A stretch of DNA of 64,000 nt from a virus, in the IMG/VR virus record IMGVR_UViG_3300023202_000137, positions 26,758 through 90,757 of that record; one strand, 5' to 3'. The notes under the pieces were generated by a model. It worked only from the letters and a program-made list of their open reading frames with translations, made no database searches and had not been told where the DNA came from. The position numbers and the translations under genes were made by a program. How positions within the stretch are numbered: the first letter of the stretch is position 1; each line of letters starts with the position of its first letter. This document shows, one piece after another, positions 1-9,480 of the stretch.

Positions 1-1699
1 TCACACGCATTCGCATGCTTAGTTCTGGTCCGTCTTCCTCGTCCTCGTCTTGCTGAAACTGAGCCAGTGCATTGATGGCTCGCAGGCAAGCGTTTACGAA
101 CGCGTCCACCATATCGTCATGTCTCGCCAAGGGGAACTTGGTCAGCTCCCCGATTAGGTTTCCTTTTTCCTTCACGAACCCAAGTCGCTCGGGGTCCATG
201 TTCGGGTGAAAGAGAATATCTCCGCGCTCGATGTATGGTGTGATTCGCTTGAGTCGCGACATTTTATCGACTCTCGGTCGCATTCGAACGATAGGCAGTT
301 GAGGTACGCGACGAACCTTGCGCATTTCAAGCGTCGTAGACCCATCGCTGGAAACAGACTTCTCCCATCCAAGATCTCTGAACGAGCGGTTTGCGATGGT
401 GTCCAGGTATTGAGGCAGTGAGTCCTGATAAGCGATGGCCTCAATTGCGACTTCTTCTGACGTGTGGAGCATGAAGTCTTCAACAACGTGGCGAGCTTGA
501 TTATCGAACGTCGTTTTTGTGTGGTACGCATCTGTCACGTAGATCTTCCCAAGTTCAAAATCCACGTACACGGTAGCCGAGGCAAAAAAGTCTGCTTGTT
601 TCTTTTGGGAGATCGCCAGGTCGTAGCCGGAATATGGAACGACGTGCTCTGCAAGTTTCTTTGGGTCGAAGTATTCGATCCAGTCCTCGTCAACGACAAT
701 AATCTCCCCGGACAAAGCCTGGTTTCGAAACGCTCGATTGAACTCTACGCTCCCAATTTCTTGTTCGCGCTCTTTCAGTGCAGCGGTGTGCCAGTGCTCC
801 TCCCATAAACCCTCGGTCCACTTTTTGGGTTTGCGGTTTTTTCCAGGCACGCGGTACTCAACGTCGAAGCCGTCCACGTCGTCGTTGACTGCGTACATCA
901 GGCAAGCGTACGCAGGGTTCTCCATCAGCACGTGGCTGTTGTCGTCAGTGTGCCAAAGGGTGCAGATGTAAACGATACGACCATCCGGCTCTAGCAGGTT
1001 GGTCCAGTCTGACTTCCATGCGTGCTTGATTGTCTCGCGGATTTGGGGGTACTGGATTGCGTTTCGTCGGTCTACGATGTCGTCTGCAATGAGTAGGTCT
1101 GCACGACCACCGGTTGCAGTCGAGAGAATCCCTAGCGCCTCAATGCTCGCATCTTTCGAGAACAGATCACGCTCAACGACTACCTTGTGCTTTGTCCAGT
1201 CGCCGCGCTGTGCTGGCTTCAGATGCGGGAACACTTTTTGGACGCGCTCGTTGCGCTCCATGTGGTCAGTGATTTCAAATAGCCGCTCCATCGCTTTGGA
1301 GTCTGACTGGCAGGCAATCTTGATACGAAGGTTTGGGTTATTTCCAAGTTCCCACAGCACGCGACCCACGGGAATCTGCGTAGTCTTGCCGTGGTCACGA
1401 GGGGCGATGATCATTGCACGCTGGTATCCGTTTGGATTCCAAGTAGGGTGCTTGACCTGACGCTGCCAGTTCCGGTGGAACTGTTGCTGCTTTAGGTTCT
1501 TTCCGCTCTTGTCTGCAAAGACGTACTCAATAAATGCGTTGGGATCTTCGCGTGCGGCCTCAATCTGCAGCTCCTCGTTGAGCGCACGGATCTTGAGAAC
1601 GAGGTCGTGTAGCTGCTCTAAGTCATCTTCAGACTGTGCGGCTCGAATTGCTTTTTCGAGCCGCACAACCTGGGCGCGTAGCTTTTTCTTGCTAGCCAG
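1..1699 (-). CDS. terL: Terminase large subunit (3' end runs off the window; absent from the ORF track)
   Basis: Manual translation gives an open frame from 1699 to the left edge. Walker A IIAPRDHGKT, Walker B DLLIADDIVD, motif III CTLWH, nuclease GYDLA and C-terminal FPLARHDDMVDAF. Start is CTG at 1699 (after AAGGAAG) or GTG at 1666. Confidence 0.95.
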   Translation of the reverse strand, partial: MASKKKLRAQVVRLEKAIRAAQSEDDLEQLHDLVLKIRALNEELQIEAAREDPNAFIEYVFADKSGKNLKQQQFHRNWQRQVKHPTWNPNGYQRAMIIAPRDHGKTTQIPVGRVLWELGNNPNLRIKIACQSDSKAMERLFEITDHMERNERVQKVFPHLKPAQRGDWTKHKVVVERDLFSKDASIEALGILSTATGGRADLLIADDIVDRRNAIQYPQIRETIKHAWKSDWTNLLEPDGRIVYICTLWHTDDNSHVLMENPAYACLMYAVNDDVDGFDVEYRVPGKNRKPKKWTEGLWEEHWHTAALKEREQEIGSVEFNRAFRNQALSGEIIVVDEDWIEYFDPKKLAEHVVPYSGYDLAISQKKQADFFASATVYVDFELGKIYVTDAYHTKTTFDNQARHVVEDFMLHTSEEVAIEAIAYQDSLPQYLDTIANRSFRDLGWEKSVSSDGSTTLEMRKVRRVPQLPIVRMRPRVDKMSRLKRITPYIERGDILFHPNMDPERLGFVKEKGNLIGELTKFPLARHDDMVDAFVNACLRAINALAQFQQDEDEEDGPELSMRMRV

Positions 1700-2210
1700 A
1701 TGCCGCTTCCTTTTTCTTTGCCTCTTCCTTTTTCTCGCGCTTGTTCATTAGGAGGTTAGCTATCGACTCGTGCTGCGCAATCGCAGTTGGCCCGGTAAAG
1801 ACTCCCACCATGATAGCTTCGACGGGAGAAGCTCCACCTAGGATGGATGCGAGGACCCCAGCAACTCCGCCTAGTACGATAGGTATCGCGGTGCGCCAGC
1901 GTTTAGGAATCTTCTTTGTCACACCCCCCAACATGGGCAAGCGAAACAAGTTTCCGAGCAGCATGATGAGAGTGCCAGCAATGCCAATCCAAGATCCGGT
2001 GCGCACTGCATTCACGAGATCACCAGCACTCTGCAGGGTTTCTGGAAGCGTGGACTCCCCTTCCATGTCTGCAGGTGCTGGCGCTGCAGGTTCCGCCGCT
2101 GCAGAGGCGGTAGCTTCTTGCGCGTACGCAACCGGCACCACCTCTGCAGGATGAGGGTTTACGCTGAACGCGCCCAATGCGAGGGCGAGGGACAAGAACA
2201 ATCGCTTCAT
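1692..2210 (-). CDS. Membrane protein with signal peptide and about 3 TM helices; holin-like candidate
   Basis: MKRLFLSLALALGAFS signal, Ala/Pro linker, three hydrophobic segments, basic C-terminal tail; located after the tail fibre gene. Confidence 0.55.
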   Translation of the reverse strand: MKRLFLSLALALGAFSVNPHPAEVVPVAYAQEATASAAAEPAAPAPADMEGESTLPETLQSAGDLVNAVRTGSWIGIAGTLIMLLGNLFRLPMLGGVTKKIPKRWRTAIPIVLGGVAGVLASILGGASPVEAIMVGVFTGPTAIAQHESIANLLMNKREKKEEAKKKEAASG

Positions 2211-2212
2211 GC

Positions 2213-2554
2213 TTAGCCTCCGTTTTTCACTGCTGCTTGAGTGAGCAGATTTAGCTCATCGAGCCCCTTGGTCAAGCCGTTGGACTTGGCCACGGTACGC
2301 TCGACCATTCGCTTCAGCTCTTTGTGCCCTAGCTCACCTCGCAACGCCTTTTGCTTGGCAAGTGCCAAGTTTAGTTGGTCGCTCGATATCTTGCCAAGGT
2401 CTAAAAGGGCCTCGCCCATTTTCTTTTCTTGGAGTAGCTGAAGCGCACTGTCCACATCGACCTGCTTGCAGAGGCCCATTTCAATCAGCACGTTTCCGAT
2501 GCTCGTTGGGTCTTCCTCGGGTGTCTGTCGATGGCGACGTTTGCTTTTCAGCAT
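2213..2554 (-). CDS. Stand-alone MshEN-like (putative c-di-GMP-binding) protein
   Basis: Tandem 24-aa motifs SIGNVLIEMGLCKQVDVDSALQLL and KMGEALLDLGKISSDQLNLALAKQ resemble RLGxxLxxxGLIxxxxLxxxLxxQ. Confidence 0.7.
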   Translation of the reverse strand: MLKSKRRHRQTPEEDPTSIGNVLIEMGLCKQVDVDSALQLLQEKKMGEALLDLGKISSDQLNLALAKQKALRGELGHKELKRMVERTVAKSNGLTKGLDELNLLTQAAVKNGG

Positions 2555-2557
2555 GCC

Positions 2558-2794
2558 TCATCCTCCTGGTGGTTTGATGAACGTGATCACGAAGTCTTTG
2601 AGGTTCGTAATTGTGGATTCTAGCTTAGTGAACGACGCGCTGTTGGCTTCAACCAGTTTGACGATCTGCATTGCAAGGTCGCGGTTGTCCCGGTCCTTCC
2701 GCCAGTAGGCCCAGCCGAGAAAAACAACGAGGCCCCAGGGTCCGGCCTCCCTCAAAAATTCTGCTGCTAAAGCGAGGGCATCCATCTGCGACAA
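2558..2794 (-). CDS. Small single-TM coiled-coil protein, holin/BhlA-like candidate
   Basis: GPWGLVVFLGWAYW TM followed by RKDR and a heptad-rich tail; start may be the ATG at 2785. Confidence 0.55.
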   Translation of the reverse strand: MSQMDALALAAEFLREAGPWGLVVFLGWAYWRKDRDNRDLAMQIVKLVEANSASFTKLESTITNLKDFVITFIKPPGG

Positions 2795-2818
2795 CGTACC
2801 ATCGTCAGATCTGTCTAG

Positions 2819-3166
2819 CTAGTGGGATACCGGTTCGGCCTTCTCTGGCGTCTCGACGAGGGTTTCACTCGGGGGGTCGACTCGAACATAGTCGTCGTAC
2901 CATTTAATCAGGGTGTCGCGCGACATTTGCAGGGCCCCTTTTTTGCCGATGCATGAGTCCTGTAGCGAGGCGAGCATCTGCTTTGCGCGTTCCATGCTGA
3001 TCATGTCACTGGCCAGAGCTTTCGCTAGAGTGCGAGCGTCATCCAGGAATGCGTTGAAGCGTGCGTCGGCTGTTGGGTTTTCTTCGTTCGACTTGAGCAG
3101 CTCGTCGATGATCTGCGCGGTGCTCTTGTCTTGCTCCTGCGCTTCTAGTGGTTGTCCTTTTTCCAT
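2819..3166 (-). CDS. Hypothetical protein
   Basis: 115-aa ORF fitting the operon, ATG start. Confidence 0.6.
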   Translation of the reverse strand: MEKGQPLEAQEQDKSTAQIIDELLKSNEENPTADARFNAFLDDARTLAKALASDMISMERAKQMLASLQDSCIGKKGALQMSRDTLIKWYDDYVRVDPPSETLVETPEKAEPVSH

Positions 3167-3174
3167 GTCTGTAC

Positions 3175-3185
3175 CTGTACCTGTT
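3175..3185 (-). promoter_or_regulatory. Intergenic motif AACAGGTACAG, copy 1 (followed by a partial tandem duplication GTACAG)
   Basis: CTGTACCTGTT on + strand between the tail fibre stop and the next ATG; recurs in three other intergenic gaps. Confidence 0.55.
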
Positions 3186-3188
3186 GGG

Positions 3189-5702
3189 TTACTTCTTCTT
3201 TTTGGCGGGCTTCGTTGTCGCGTCCTTCTCTACCTCTAGCGTCTCCTCTTCGATGAAAGTTTTGCCGGTCAGTTCTTCGAGTGCCCTGATAGCTCGCTCC
3301 ATCCTGAACACCTTACGAAATCCTCGCACCTTGTTCTCGGTGTGGAGATAGTATTCGCCGGTCTTGGGATCGTGTGGAGAGATTTGGGTGACGGTACCAC
3401 CCTGGTCTCGAACGAAGACTTCTGCGAGCCCGCCAACATCTTTGGCATAGACTTGGGCTTTGTTGACTAGGCCGGTTGGATCTCCAACTCGCTCCCCCAA
3501 GTAGATTGCGTGGTTGTCGCCGCCGATGTTTCCGACGTAAAACCCATCGGTGTTGCTCCCTCCACCGTGCACCATCCTGAACCGTGTGTTGGAATCGAAA
3601 CGAAATGTTAGCTCATCACCACTGGTTATCGATCCAATCGCCACCTGGAGGGATGCTGCGAGGTCGGAGTTAAAGCGCAGAGCCCCTGTTCCCCCAAAAG
3701 ACCCATCGAGTTGTAGTCTATTTGCAACACCACCCGCACGAACGGCGAGTATGCCTTGGCTGGATCCAACATCAAGGCTCATGTACTCCGTGTTGCCGAT
3801 CAACCAGTCCCAACTGTCTGCGCTTCGGTCGTACCGGATAAAGTCTCCAGAGTCGCCACGAAACTCTCCGTCAACTCCGTTCCAAAACAGACCAAAGTTC
3901 TGGATACCAACCTCTAGGCCATCTACGCTCGTAGGCCCAAACCCCACTGCGCCAACGACGAGACCCTCTCGAATATTCACGCCGCCATTCTGCAGAACGA
4001 AGTCGTTGGTGCTACCGCGCTCGAATCGAAACGAGTCGAAGGTTCGACTGTAGATAAGCGCGTCACCACTATCGAAGCGCAAAATCCGGTCGTCACCGCT
4101 AAGACTCAAGTTGAAGTTGGCGTCATCTACAACGAACGAGGTATCGACAAAAACTGACTGGTACGGGTTGGCAAGGCTACCGATGTTCGAGTTGGATTGC
4201 AGAGGAATGATAGAGCCACGTTGACGGAACTCACTGACGAGTGGCTCGATTTCCAGAACTCGAATCGGAACCCCGCCTGAATACACATCGGCCTGCAGCT
4301 CACCTGTGTCATCTGCGCCAGCCCGAACCGCCGCAAGGGAGGCAATGACGTTGGTGACCACAGCGTCGTCTTCGATTGCGAAAGCAACCAAGGGGCCAAA
4401 CCCGTCTGCCATGTTTCCACTGGAGAGGGCGCGGAAGTCCAGAGCTTGCTGTGTGCCCGTGGTGGAGGCAGTGTCGATCCGTATCGCGTCCGGGCTAGTG
4501 CTTCCCCTTCGTATCCGTTTGCTCATCTCGGTTACGAGAAAATCGAGAGTGTTGGCCACGGTATCTGCAGGTGCCGTGAACACTGGCGGTACGAATGAGG
4601 GCGCCCCAGCTTGGCCGTCGTATCCGACTTGCGCAGACCCCAGGCCACCCGTTGTGGACTGCAGATCGTCGATCAATTCCTCGATAGCTGCTTGGACATT
4701 TCCCGAGCTAACGTAGTCGTGTGGGGTGAACGAAACACTCGCTGCTGTGAAGGGAGTCGTGCGAATGGTTTCTAGGTAGTCGAGCAGGGTTTCGATCTGT
4801 GCGTTGACAGTACCCTCGGCCAGGGTCAGTGGTGACCCAAGGGCAACGCCGCTACCACTCTTTGCGTTCGCCCCTACTTTCGTCGCGCCGTTGCTTGCAC
4901 CGCCCGCAGTGGCTAGGTCTGTGATCACATCGTTGATGGCTGCACGAAGGGTTGCGCTTGCATACCCAAGGGCAGTACCCCCGGTTGGGGTAAGCGTAAA
5001 TCCTTCGATCCCGATGAGGGTGGCACCCTCACCAGCCGCCTGACTTGCTAGCTCCCCTACGTAGGCGTTGTAGTCGGACAAGATGTCGTCGAGAACTTCC
5101 TTGGTCCTACCACGCACAACGTCGAGCCTCGTGTTACCCGTACTGCGAAAGAAATCCTGACGGCGAGAAACATCCAGGTTGCCGTTCGTAATGGTGGATT
5201 GCCCAAATGCGCGAGTGATGTCTACGAGCAAGATCGCATCTGGTCGAAGTGGTGGCGCTGTGGGGGCAACGTCTTCTGCGCTTTGAACCACGAAGAGACT
5301 GAACGATGCATTGCGACGAAAGAAAACCGTCACGCTGTTACCGTCCGTCTCAGGCTGCTGCAGATCTTCTGCGAACTCTGCAAAAACCGAGATTATTCGG
5401 CTGTTTCCGGGCGTGAGGACTTCGGTAGATGCCCCGAGGTTGTCTTGGCTAACGTCAACGATCTGCGGGTCTGGCCAGGAAACCTGCTTGCCTTCGGGGG
5501 TAAATAGAAGCGCATCGCCACTCACGTCAACAGTGAGAGCTGGTGGCCCCGACTCTGTAACCTCGCCATTTTTGACGATTCCGCTGAAACCTTTCTGCTC
5601 GTCACCAATTGCAGACTCGATACGATCCTGCACCTGGTCGAACGCCAGATCCATATCGCCTTCGGTCACTAGCTGGCGGAAGAAAAAGTCCAGTCTATCC
5701 AT
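3189..5702 (-). CDS. Tail fibre / receptor-binding protein
   Basis: 837 aa directly after the baseplate wedge gene. N-terminal baseplate-anchor-like region (MDRLDFFFRQLVTE), GA..IG and NVQAAIEEL fibre repeats, beta-rich C-terminal part. Confidence 0.8.
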   Translation of the reverse strand: MDRLDFFFRQLVTEGDMDLAFDQVQDRIESAIGDEQKGFSGIVKNGEVTESGPPALTVDVSGDALLFTPEGKQVSWPDPQIVDVSQDNLGASTEVLTPGNSRIISVFAEFAEDLQQPETDGNSVTVFFRRNASFSLFVVQSAEDVAPTAPPLRPDAILLVDITRAFGQSTITNGNLDVSRRQDFFRSTGNTRLDVVRGRTKEVLDDILSDYNAYVGELASQAAGEGATLIGIEGFTLTPTGGTALGYASATLRAAINDVITDLATAGGASNGATKVGANAKSGSGVALGSPLTLAEGTVNAQIETLLDYLETIRTTPFTAASVSFTPHDYVSSGNVQAAIEELIDDLQSTTGGLGSAQVGYDGQAGAPSFVPPVFTAPADTVANTLDFLVTEMSKRIRRGSTSPDAIRIDTASTTGTQQALDFRALSSGNMADGFGPLVAFAIEDDAVVTNVIASLAAVRAGADDTGELQADVYSGGVPIRVLEIEPLVSEFRQRGSIIPLQSNSNIGSLANPYQSVFVDTSFVVDDANFNLSLSGDDRILRFDSGDALIYSRTFDSFRFERGSTNDFVLQNGGVNIREGLVVGAVGFGPTSVDGLEVGIQNFGLFWNGVDGEFRGDSGDFIRYDRSADSWDWLIGNTEYMSLDVGSSQGILAVRAGGVANRLQLDGSFGGTGALRFNSDLAASLQVAIGSITSGDELTFRFDSNTRFRMVHGGGSNTDGFYVGNIGGDNHAIYLGERVGDPTGLVNKAQVYAKDVGGLAEVFVRDQGGTVTQISPHDPKTGEYYLHTENKVRGFRKVFRMERAIRALEELTGKTFIEEETLEVEKDATTKPAKKKK

Positions 5703-5704
5703 GG

Positions 5705-7933
5705 TTACGGCTCCACCGTATTGATGTGGTGCGTATGGGGCGGTTTCATGAAATCCACAATCTCTCGCAGTTGTCGTCGTTCCTCGTCACTGAGTGTCCT
5801 ATCAACTTCAACGTCAAAACTGTAGAGGGAAGCCGAGTCGTCCAACCCCAAGAAGGTACCCTCTCCAAGCTCATCCTCCCCCAAAACCCAGCCGTCTAGG
5901 TCGTTGAACTCTACAATAAGGCATTGCGCGATACCTAGAAAGAACTCCACGGCAGCACAGATCCCAGGGGCCGTACCCTTCAGCTTGTAGATATCCACGA
6001 GGATTCTTGCCAGCTTGCGCTTGTCGTTCTCGCTGAGATCGAAGGCGAAGGGGTTACCGAGCGATTCCAGAATCACGTCGAGGAACTGCTCGTCTGCTGT
6101 GTCGATGTCGAGAATATCAACCCATTCATCGATCTTGCAGAGAATTAGATCGACCACGTCCTGCAGGACGTTCGAGAACCGCAGTAGATCGAGCGACTCA
6201 TCTTCGCGACGGTTCAGCTCAGCAAACATTTTGTAGATGCAGAAGTTTCTCCGGTCCGGTGCTTGCGGTTGGAATGCGTCGAACACTGCCTGTGCTGGGC
6301 CTGCAGCATTCCCGAATAAGTCCTCAACATTGTTGATGATCACACGGTACTGCAGCTCATTTCCTTCACATGAAAGGTGCCGGCTCATCTCAACATCTAG
6401 GGTTACGTCGTACTCCGTGTCAGAAATCTTCTCGACCGACACTGCGTTGAGCGACACTGCTGGCGTGATGCTGTCGTGGATTGCCTCGAAAGTGTAGTTC
6501 GATGGCGTAAGCGCATCTGCTGCTGTGCCGTCTCCGGTCGCGCGTACCGCCTCGTCAAAAATGACTCGCACAGTTTTCTTGTCCAGTGCGATTGCTGAGG
6601 CTGCCTCTGGCGGTGTGAGGTCTTCGATGGTGAACGAGTACGACTCTGCGAAGGGTGATCCCCCACCAACGAGGTCGCTAGTCACATCGACTTGGATAAC
6701 ATCGAGGCTCAGGAACACCGCAGGAGGAACGAGTAAGAAGCTCAACCCGTCCGGGCCTCCTGCACCTGGGGAGGTCAAATCAGTCACAACAACACCCCAC
6801 CCGTTCTGTGGTGAGGCTCCGTCCCAAGCAAGTACGCCGTCAACTGTTATGGTCGTTGCTGTTTGATCTGGCTGGCTTGCTCCGGTGTTCCAGATCTCCA
6901 AGTACACGTTGGAACTGATGGGTACTTGGGTTTCGTTGGGCTCCGGGTTCTGGCTGAGGATGACGATGCCCGTGTCCTCGTCACAGAAAACGTTGTCCAG
7001 GTAGATCGCAGGCAGCTCAACGTCGATGGCTGGGTTGATGCTGCTGACCACCGCAGAGGCAGTGCCGCCGCTTTGCCCAGGCACGATACCGCTCACAACG
7101 TTCTGAGCTGTTGGCTGCGCGCTGCTACCGCTCGTTGCTGCAGAAAGTCCCGAGGTCTCCCGCGTCACTTCCGGCACTGCGTTCGAGCCGGATTGAGCCT
7201 CCACAGTACCGCCGCTTTCAATGTCTCCCGTTGCTTCAGCTCGAAGAGTGATCAGGTGACTGATCCAATCGTCGAACGGAACCGTGTCCCCACCAAAGGT
7301 CAGACTTTCACTGACGCTTTGAGTGACGGTAAGGATTAGATCATGGACAGTGATCTTGCCTTCGATTGTCCCGAAGCCGACTGGACCGTCTACGCGCTGG
7401 GTGAACGTCGCTGGGGTGTGGGTTTGGCCGCCGTCGTTTGAACCGATAAAAGCTATCGCAACTTCATCAGCTTGCGATGTCACACCGGTTGCTCCGGTGG
7501 TTATTGGATCTCCGTCCCCTTCGTTGGTTACGAGTTGATCCTGTGCGGGTACCAGGATGTTGACGTATTCTAATGCAGCGATGTTGAAGTTGTATGCGCT
7601 GCTTTTTGGCGCGAGCACTTCAACGAAGCGGCTCGCATTGTTGTCTGGAACAATTCCCAGCCAAACCTCGTGCCGAATGAAAACATCGCCAGCACTTTGT
7701 GCGTTTGCAATTCGCGCGTAGCTGAATCCGGTCTTGGTCCCACTCTCTGTGCTTTGGATGACACTGGTGATTGCTTCTGGATCGCCGTCGTTTGGATCTA
7801 GCGCCGTGGCCCCAACGACAATGATGGACCCAGGCAACGGGTCCTGTGGCAGCTCGAAGACGGGGGGGTTTAGAAATGCCCCCGCACCCCCAGCACGTAT
7901 TACGTGCGATTGTCTGAAGACAGCGCCAGCCAT
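5705..7933 (-). CDS. Baseplate wedge (P2 gpI-like phage tail protein) with N-terminal Ig-like/adhesin extensions
   Basis: C-terminal DIDTADEQFLDVILESLG...YKLKGTAPGI...IVDFMKPPHTH typical of the Tail_P2_I family; upstream beta-sandwich segments. Confidence 0.8.
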   Translation of the reverse strand: MAGAVFRQSHVIRAGGAGAFLNPPVFELPQDPLPGSIIVVGATALDPNDGDPEAITSVIQSTESGTKTGFSYARIANAQSAGDVFIRHEVWLGIVPDNNASRFVEVLAPKSSAYNFNIAALEYVNILVPAQDQLVTNEGDGDPITTGATGVTSQADEVAIAFIGSNDGGQTHTPATFTQRVDGPVGFGTIEGKITVHDLILTVTQSVSESLTFGGDTVPFDDWISHLITLRAEATGDIESGGTVEAQSGSNAVPEVTRETSGLSAATSGSSAQPTAQNVVSGIVPGQSGGTASAVVSSINPAIDVELPAIYLDNVFCDEDTGIVILSQNPEPNETQVPISSNVYLEIWNTGASQPDQTATTITVDGVLAWDGASPQNGWGVVVTDLTSPGAGGPDGLSFLLVPPAVFLSLDVIQVDVTSDLVGGGSPFAESYSFTIEDLTPPEAASAIALDKKTVRVIFDEAVRATGDGTAADALTPSNYTFEAIHDSITPAVSLNAVSVEKISDTEYDVTLDVEMSRHLSCEGNELQYRVIINNVEDLFGNAAGPAQAVFDAFQPQAPDRRNFCIYKMFAELNRREDESLDLLRFSNVLQDVVDLILCKIDEWVDILDIDTADEQFLDVILESLGNPFAFDLSENDKRKLARILVDIYKLKGTAPGICAAVEFFLGIAQCLIVEFNDLDGWVLGEDELGEGTFLGLDDSASLYSFDVEVDRTLSDEERRQLREIVDFMKPPHTHHINTVEP

Positions 7934-7943
7934 GGGTTAGGCC

Positions 7944-8354
7944 CTAGTCTAGCGTGACTTCTAGGTTTCCTGCAGGAAACTCCAACGTGTCCCCGTTGTC
8001 GATTGCTTTGGCTGGGTTCAGCGCACCATAGGCCAGAAGATTCCCTCCACCACCAGCGTCGAAGATACCAAAATGAGTCAGCACGCCCCAGCTACCGCTT
8101 GCTTGTGGAAAGCTAATTAGTGCCGCGTTTGGTTTGCTGGAAGGGTCTCCCGTTACCGCAGGGTCCCACCCAGCACCAGTGTTAGGCACAGACACGCGAG
8201 CGTAGCCGTTGCCGACTGGCTCGGTGAAGTTTGTTCCATCGTCCGCAGGGGTCGTGGTTGAAAGCCCAATATGAACCGGGTCAGGGAAGAGTGAAGAGGT
8301 AGCCCCGAGCAACGCATCGAGCACAGCATCTTCGGTTTGGTTTGTGAAACTCAT
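7944..8354 (-). CDS. Small virion fibre-associated protein (gp80-like), paralog of 25172..25573
   Basis: EPVGNGYARV...FPQASGSWG..THFGIFDA..GGNLLAYGAL motif set, shared with the second copy. Confidence 0.75.
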   Translation of the reverse strand: MSFTNQTEDAVLDALLGATSSLFPDPVHIGLSTTTPADDGTNFTEPVGNGYARVSVPNTGAGWDPAVTGDPSSKPNAALISFPQASGSWGVLTHFGIFDAGGGGNLLAYGALNPAKAIDNGDTLEFPAGNLEVTLD

Positions 8355-8746
8355 GGTGCCTCCAGTTTTAATTGAACCCCAACGTTATGAAAGCCGGATA
8401 GCTTACTGACGTTGATCCCAAAGTTTGTCATGTTCCTGGTGCGACCGATAGGAAGGTCAGTCGATGCGGCCTCGATAAAATCCACGAGCCACTTGCATCG
8501 CCAGATCGCTCCGGGGATTGCAGCGACCGGGCCACGTAGGCTGAAAGTCGCTCGAAGAAACGTCATGCCCGTCAAGTTCATATCCTGATAGACGTGTACG
8601 AAGTCATTGATCGCAAGTCGTTCCATGACTCCCTCGATGTCACTTCCAAGAACAAAGCTCGCCAGTCCAGGTTGGTTGAACCCTTCGGGCTGTACCACCC
8701 GCAGTTGCCGGTCGCCTCGGCCTCTGTCCCATGCACTGAAACTCAT
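8351..8746 (-). CDS. Baseplate-region structural protein
   Basis: Coupled ORF between baseplate genes, beta-rich. Confidence 0.6.
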   Translation of the reverse strand: MSFSAWDRGRGDRQLRVVQPEGFNQPGLASFVLGSDIEGVMERLAINDFVHVYQDMNLTGMTFLRATFSLRGPVAAIPGAIWRCKWLVDFIEAASTDLPIGRTRNMTNFGINVSKLSGFHNVGVQLKLEAP

Positions 8747-9465
8747 TAGATCTGTTTGAGGGCCTCGATGTGATCAAAGAATGCTCGACGGGAAGCATCG
8801 GAGAACTGCCCGCCAAACCCCATGCGGCCGTTCACGAAAGGCTGGGACCCGCTGTTGATCCCTAGGGCATCGTCTACGAAATCCGTGATCCCAGGAATCG
8901 CTTCCCACACCGGAGCCGTGACAGGGTTTGCATCGAGGTCGTTTTGGAACCCCTTGAGAACTACGTCGCCGTTGCTGTTGACCACCATGTCTAGCCGAAG
9001 GTGAAACCAGTCGTCGCTCGCCAACAAGAATGAATCTGTACCCCGTCGCAGACTGTTGGCAGCAGTGGCCGAGGGGATGCCGCTCACCATCGTACCCTTG
9101 CGAAGAACAAGTCGGAACGGCTCCTCGTTTTCGAGCCCCAACATGTAGGCATTGTCGTTGATGCTTTGACCCTGGGCACCGATGAAAAGAAACGGAGACC
9201 ACCCAGTGTTACCAGGGGACGCGCCTTTTTTGATAGCGCCTCGGATCGACCCCCCGAGAAGCAGCGGGTCAAAGTCGGTCGATGCCTGCGGTGTTGCACG
9301 CAGCCCAACCCCACCCGCTGCAGCCGTGAGGCTGTTCATGCCAAAGATGAATGACCCCCCTCCATTGGGAGGGGTGACACCAGAGGTAACCCCACGGTCT
9401 ACGACCCCAGCCCCGAGGATGTCGTTCATAAAACTCCAATCCAACTCAGACACGTTTACACCCAA
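8746..9465 (-). CDS. Baseplate-region structural protein (lectin-like beta sandwich)
   Basis: WFHLRLDMVV...GRMGFG...AFFDHIE pattern; position in the baseplate block. Confidence 0.6.
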   Translation of the reverse strand: MGVNVSELDWSFMNDILGAGVVDRGVTSGVTPPNGGGSFIFGMNSLTAAAGGVGLRATPQASTDFDPLLLGGSIRGAIKKGASPGNTGWSPFLFIGAQGQSINDNAYMLGLENEEPFRLVLRKGTMVSGIPSATAANSLRRGTDSFLLASDDWFHLRLDMVVNSNGDVVLKGFQNDLDANPVTAPVWEAIPGITDFVDDALGINSGSQPFVNGRMGFGGQFSDASRRAFFDHIEALKQI

Positions 9466-9480
9466 ACCCTTTCTCGCACA

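Noticed and set aside
1-1699. Intein or intron in terL
   Set aside because: The frame is continuous, of normal length, and shows no splicing or homing-endonuclease motifs.
1692-3166. Complete lysis cassette with endolysin
   Set aside because: Only membrane proteins are visible and no peptidoglycan hydrolase motif was recognised, so the holin calls remain tentative.
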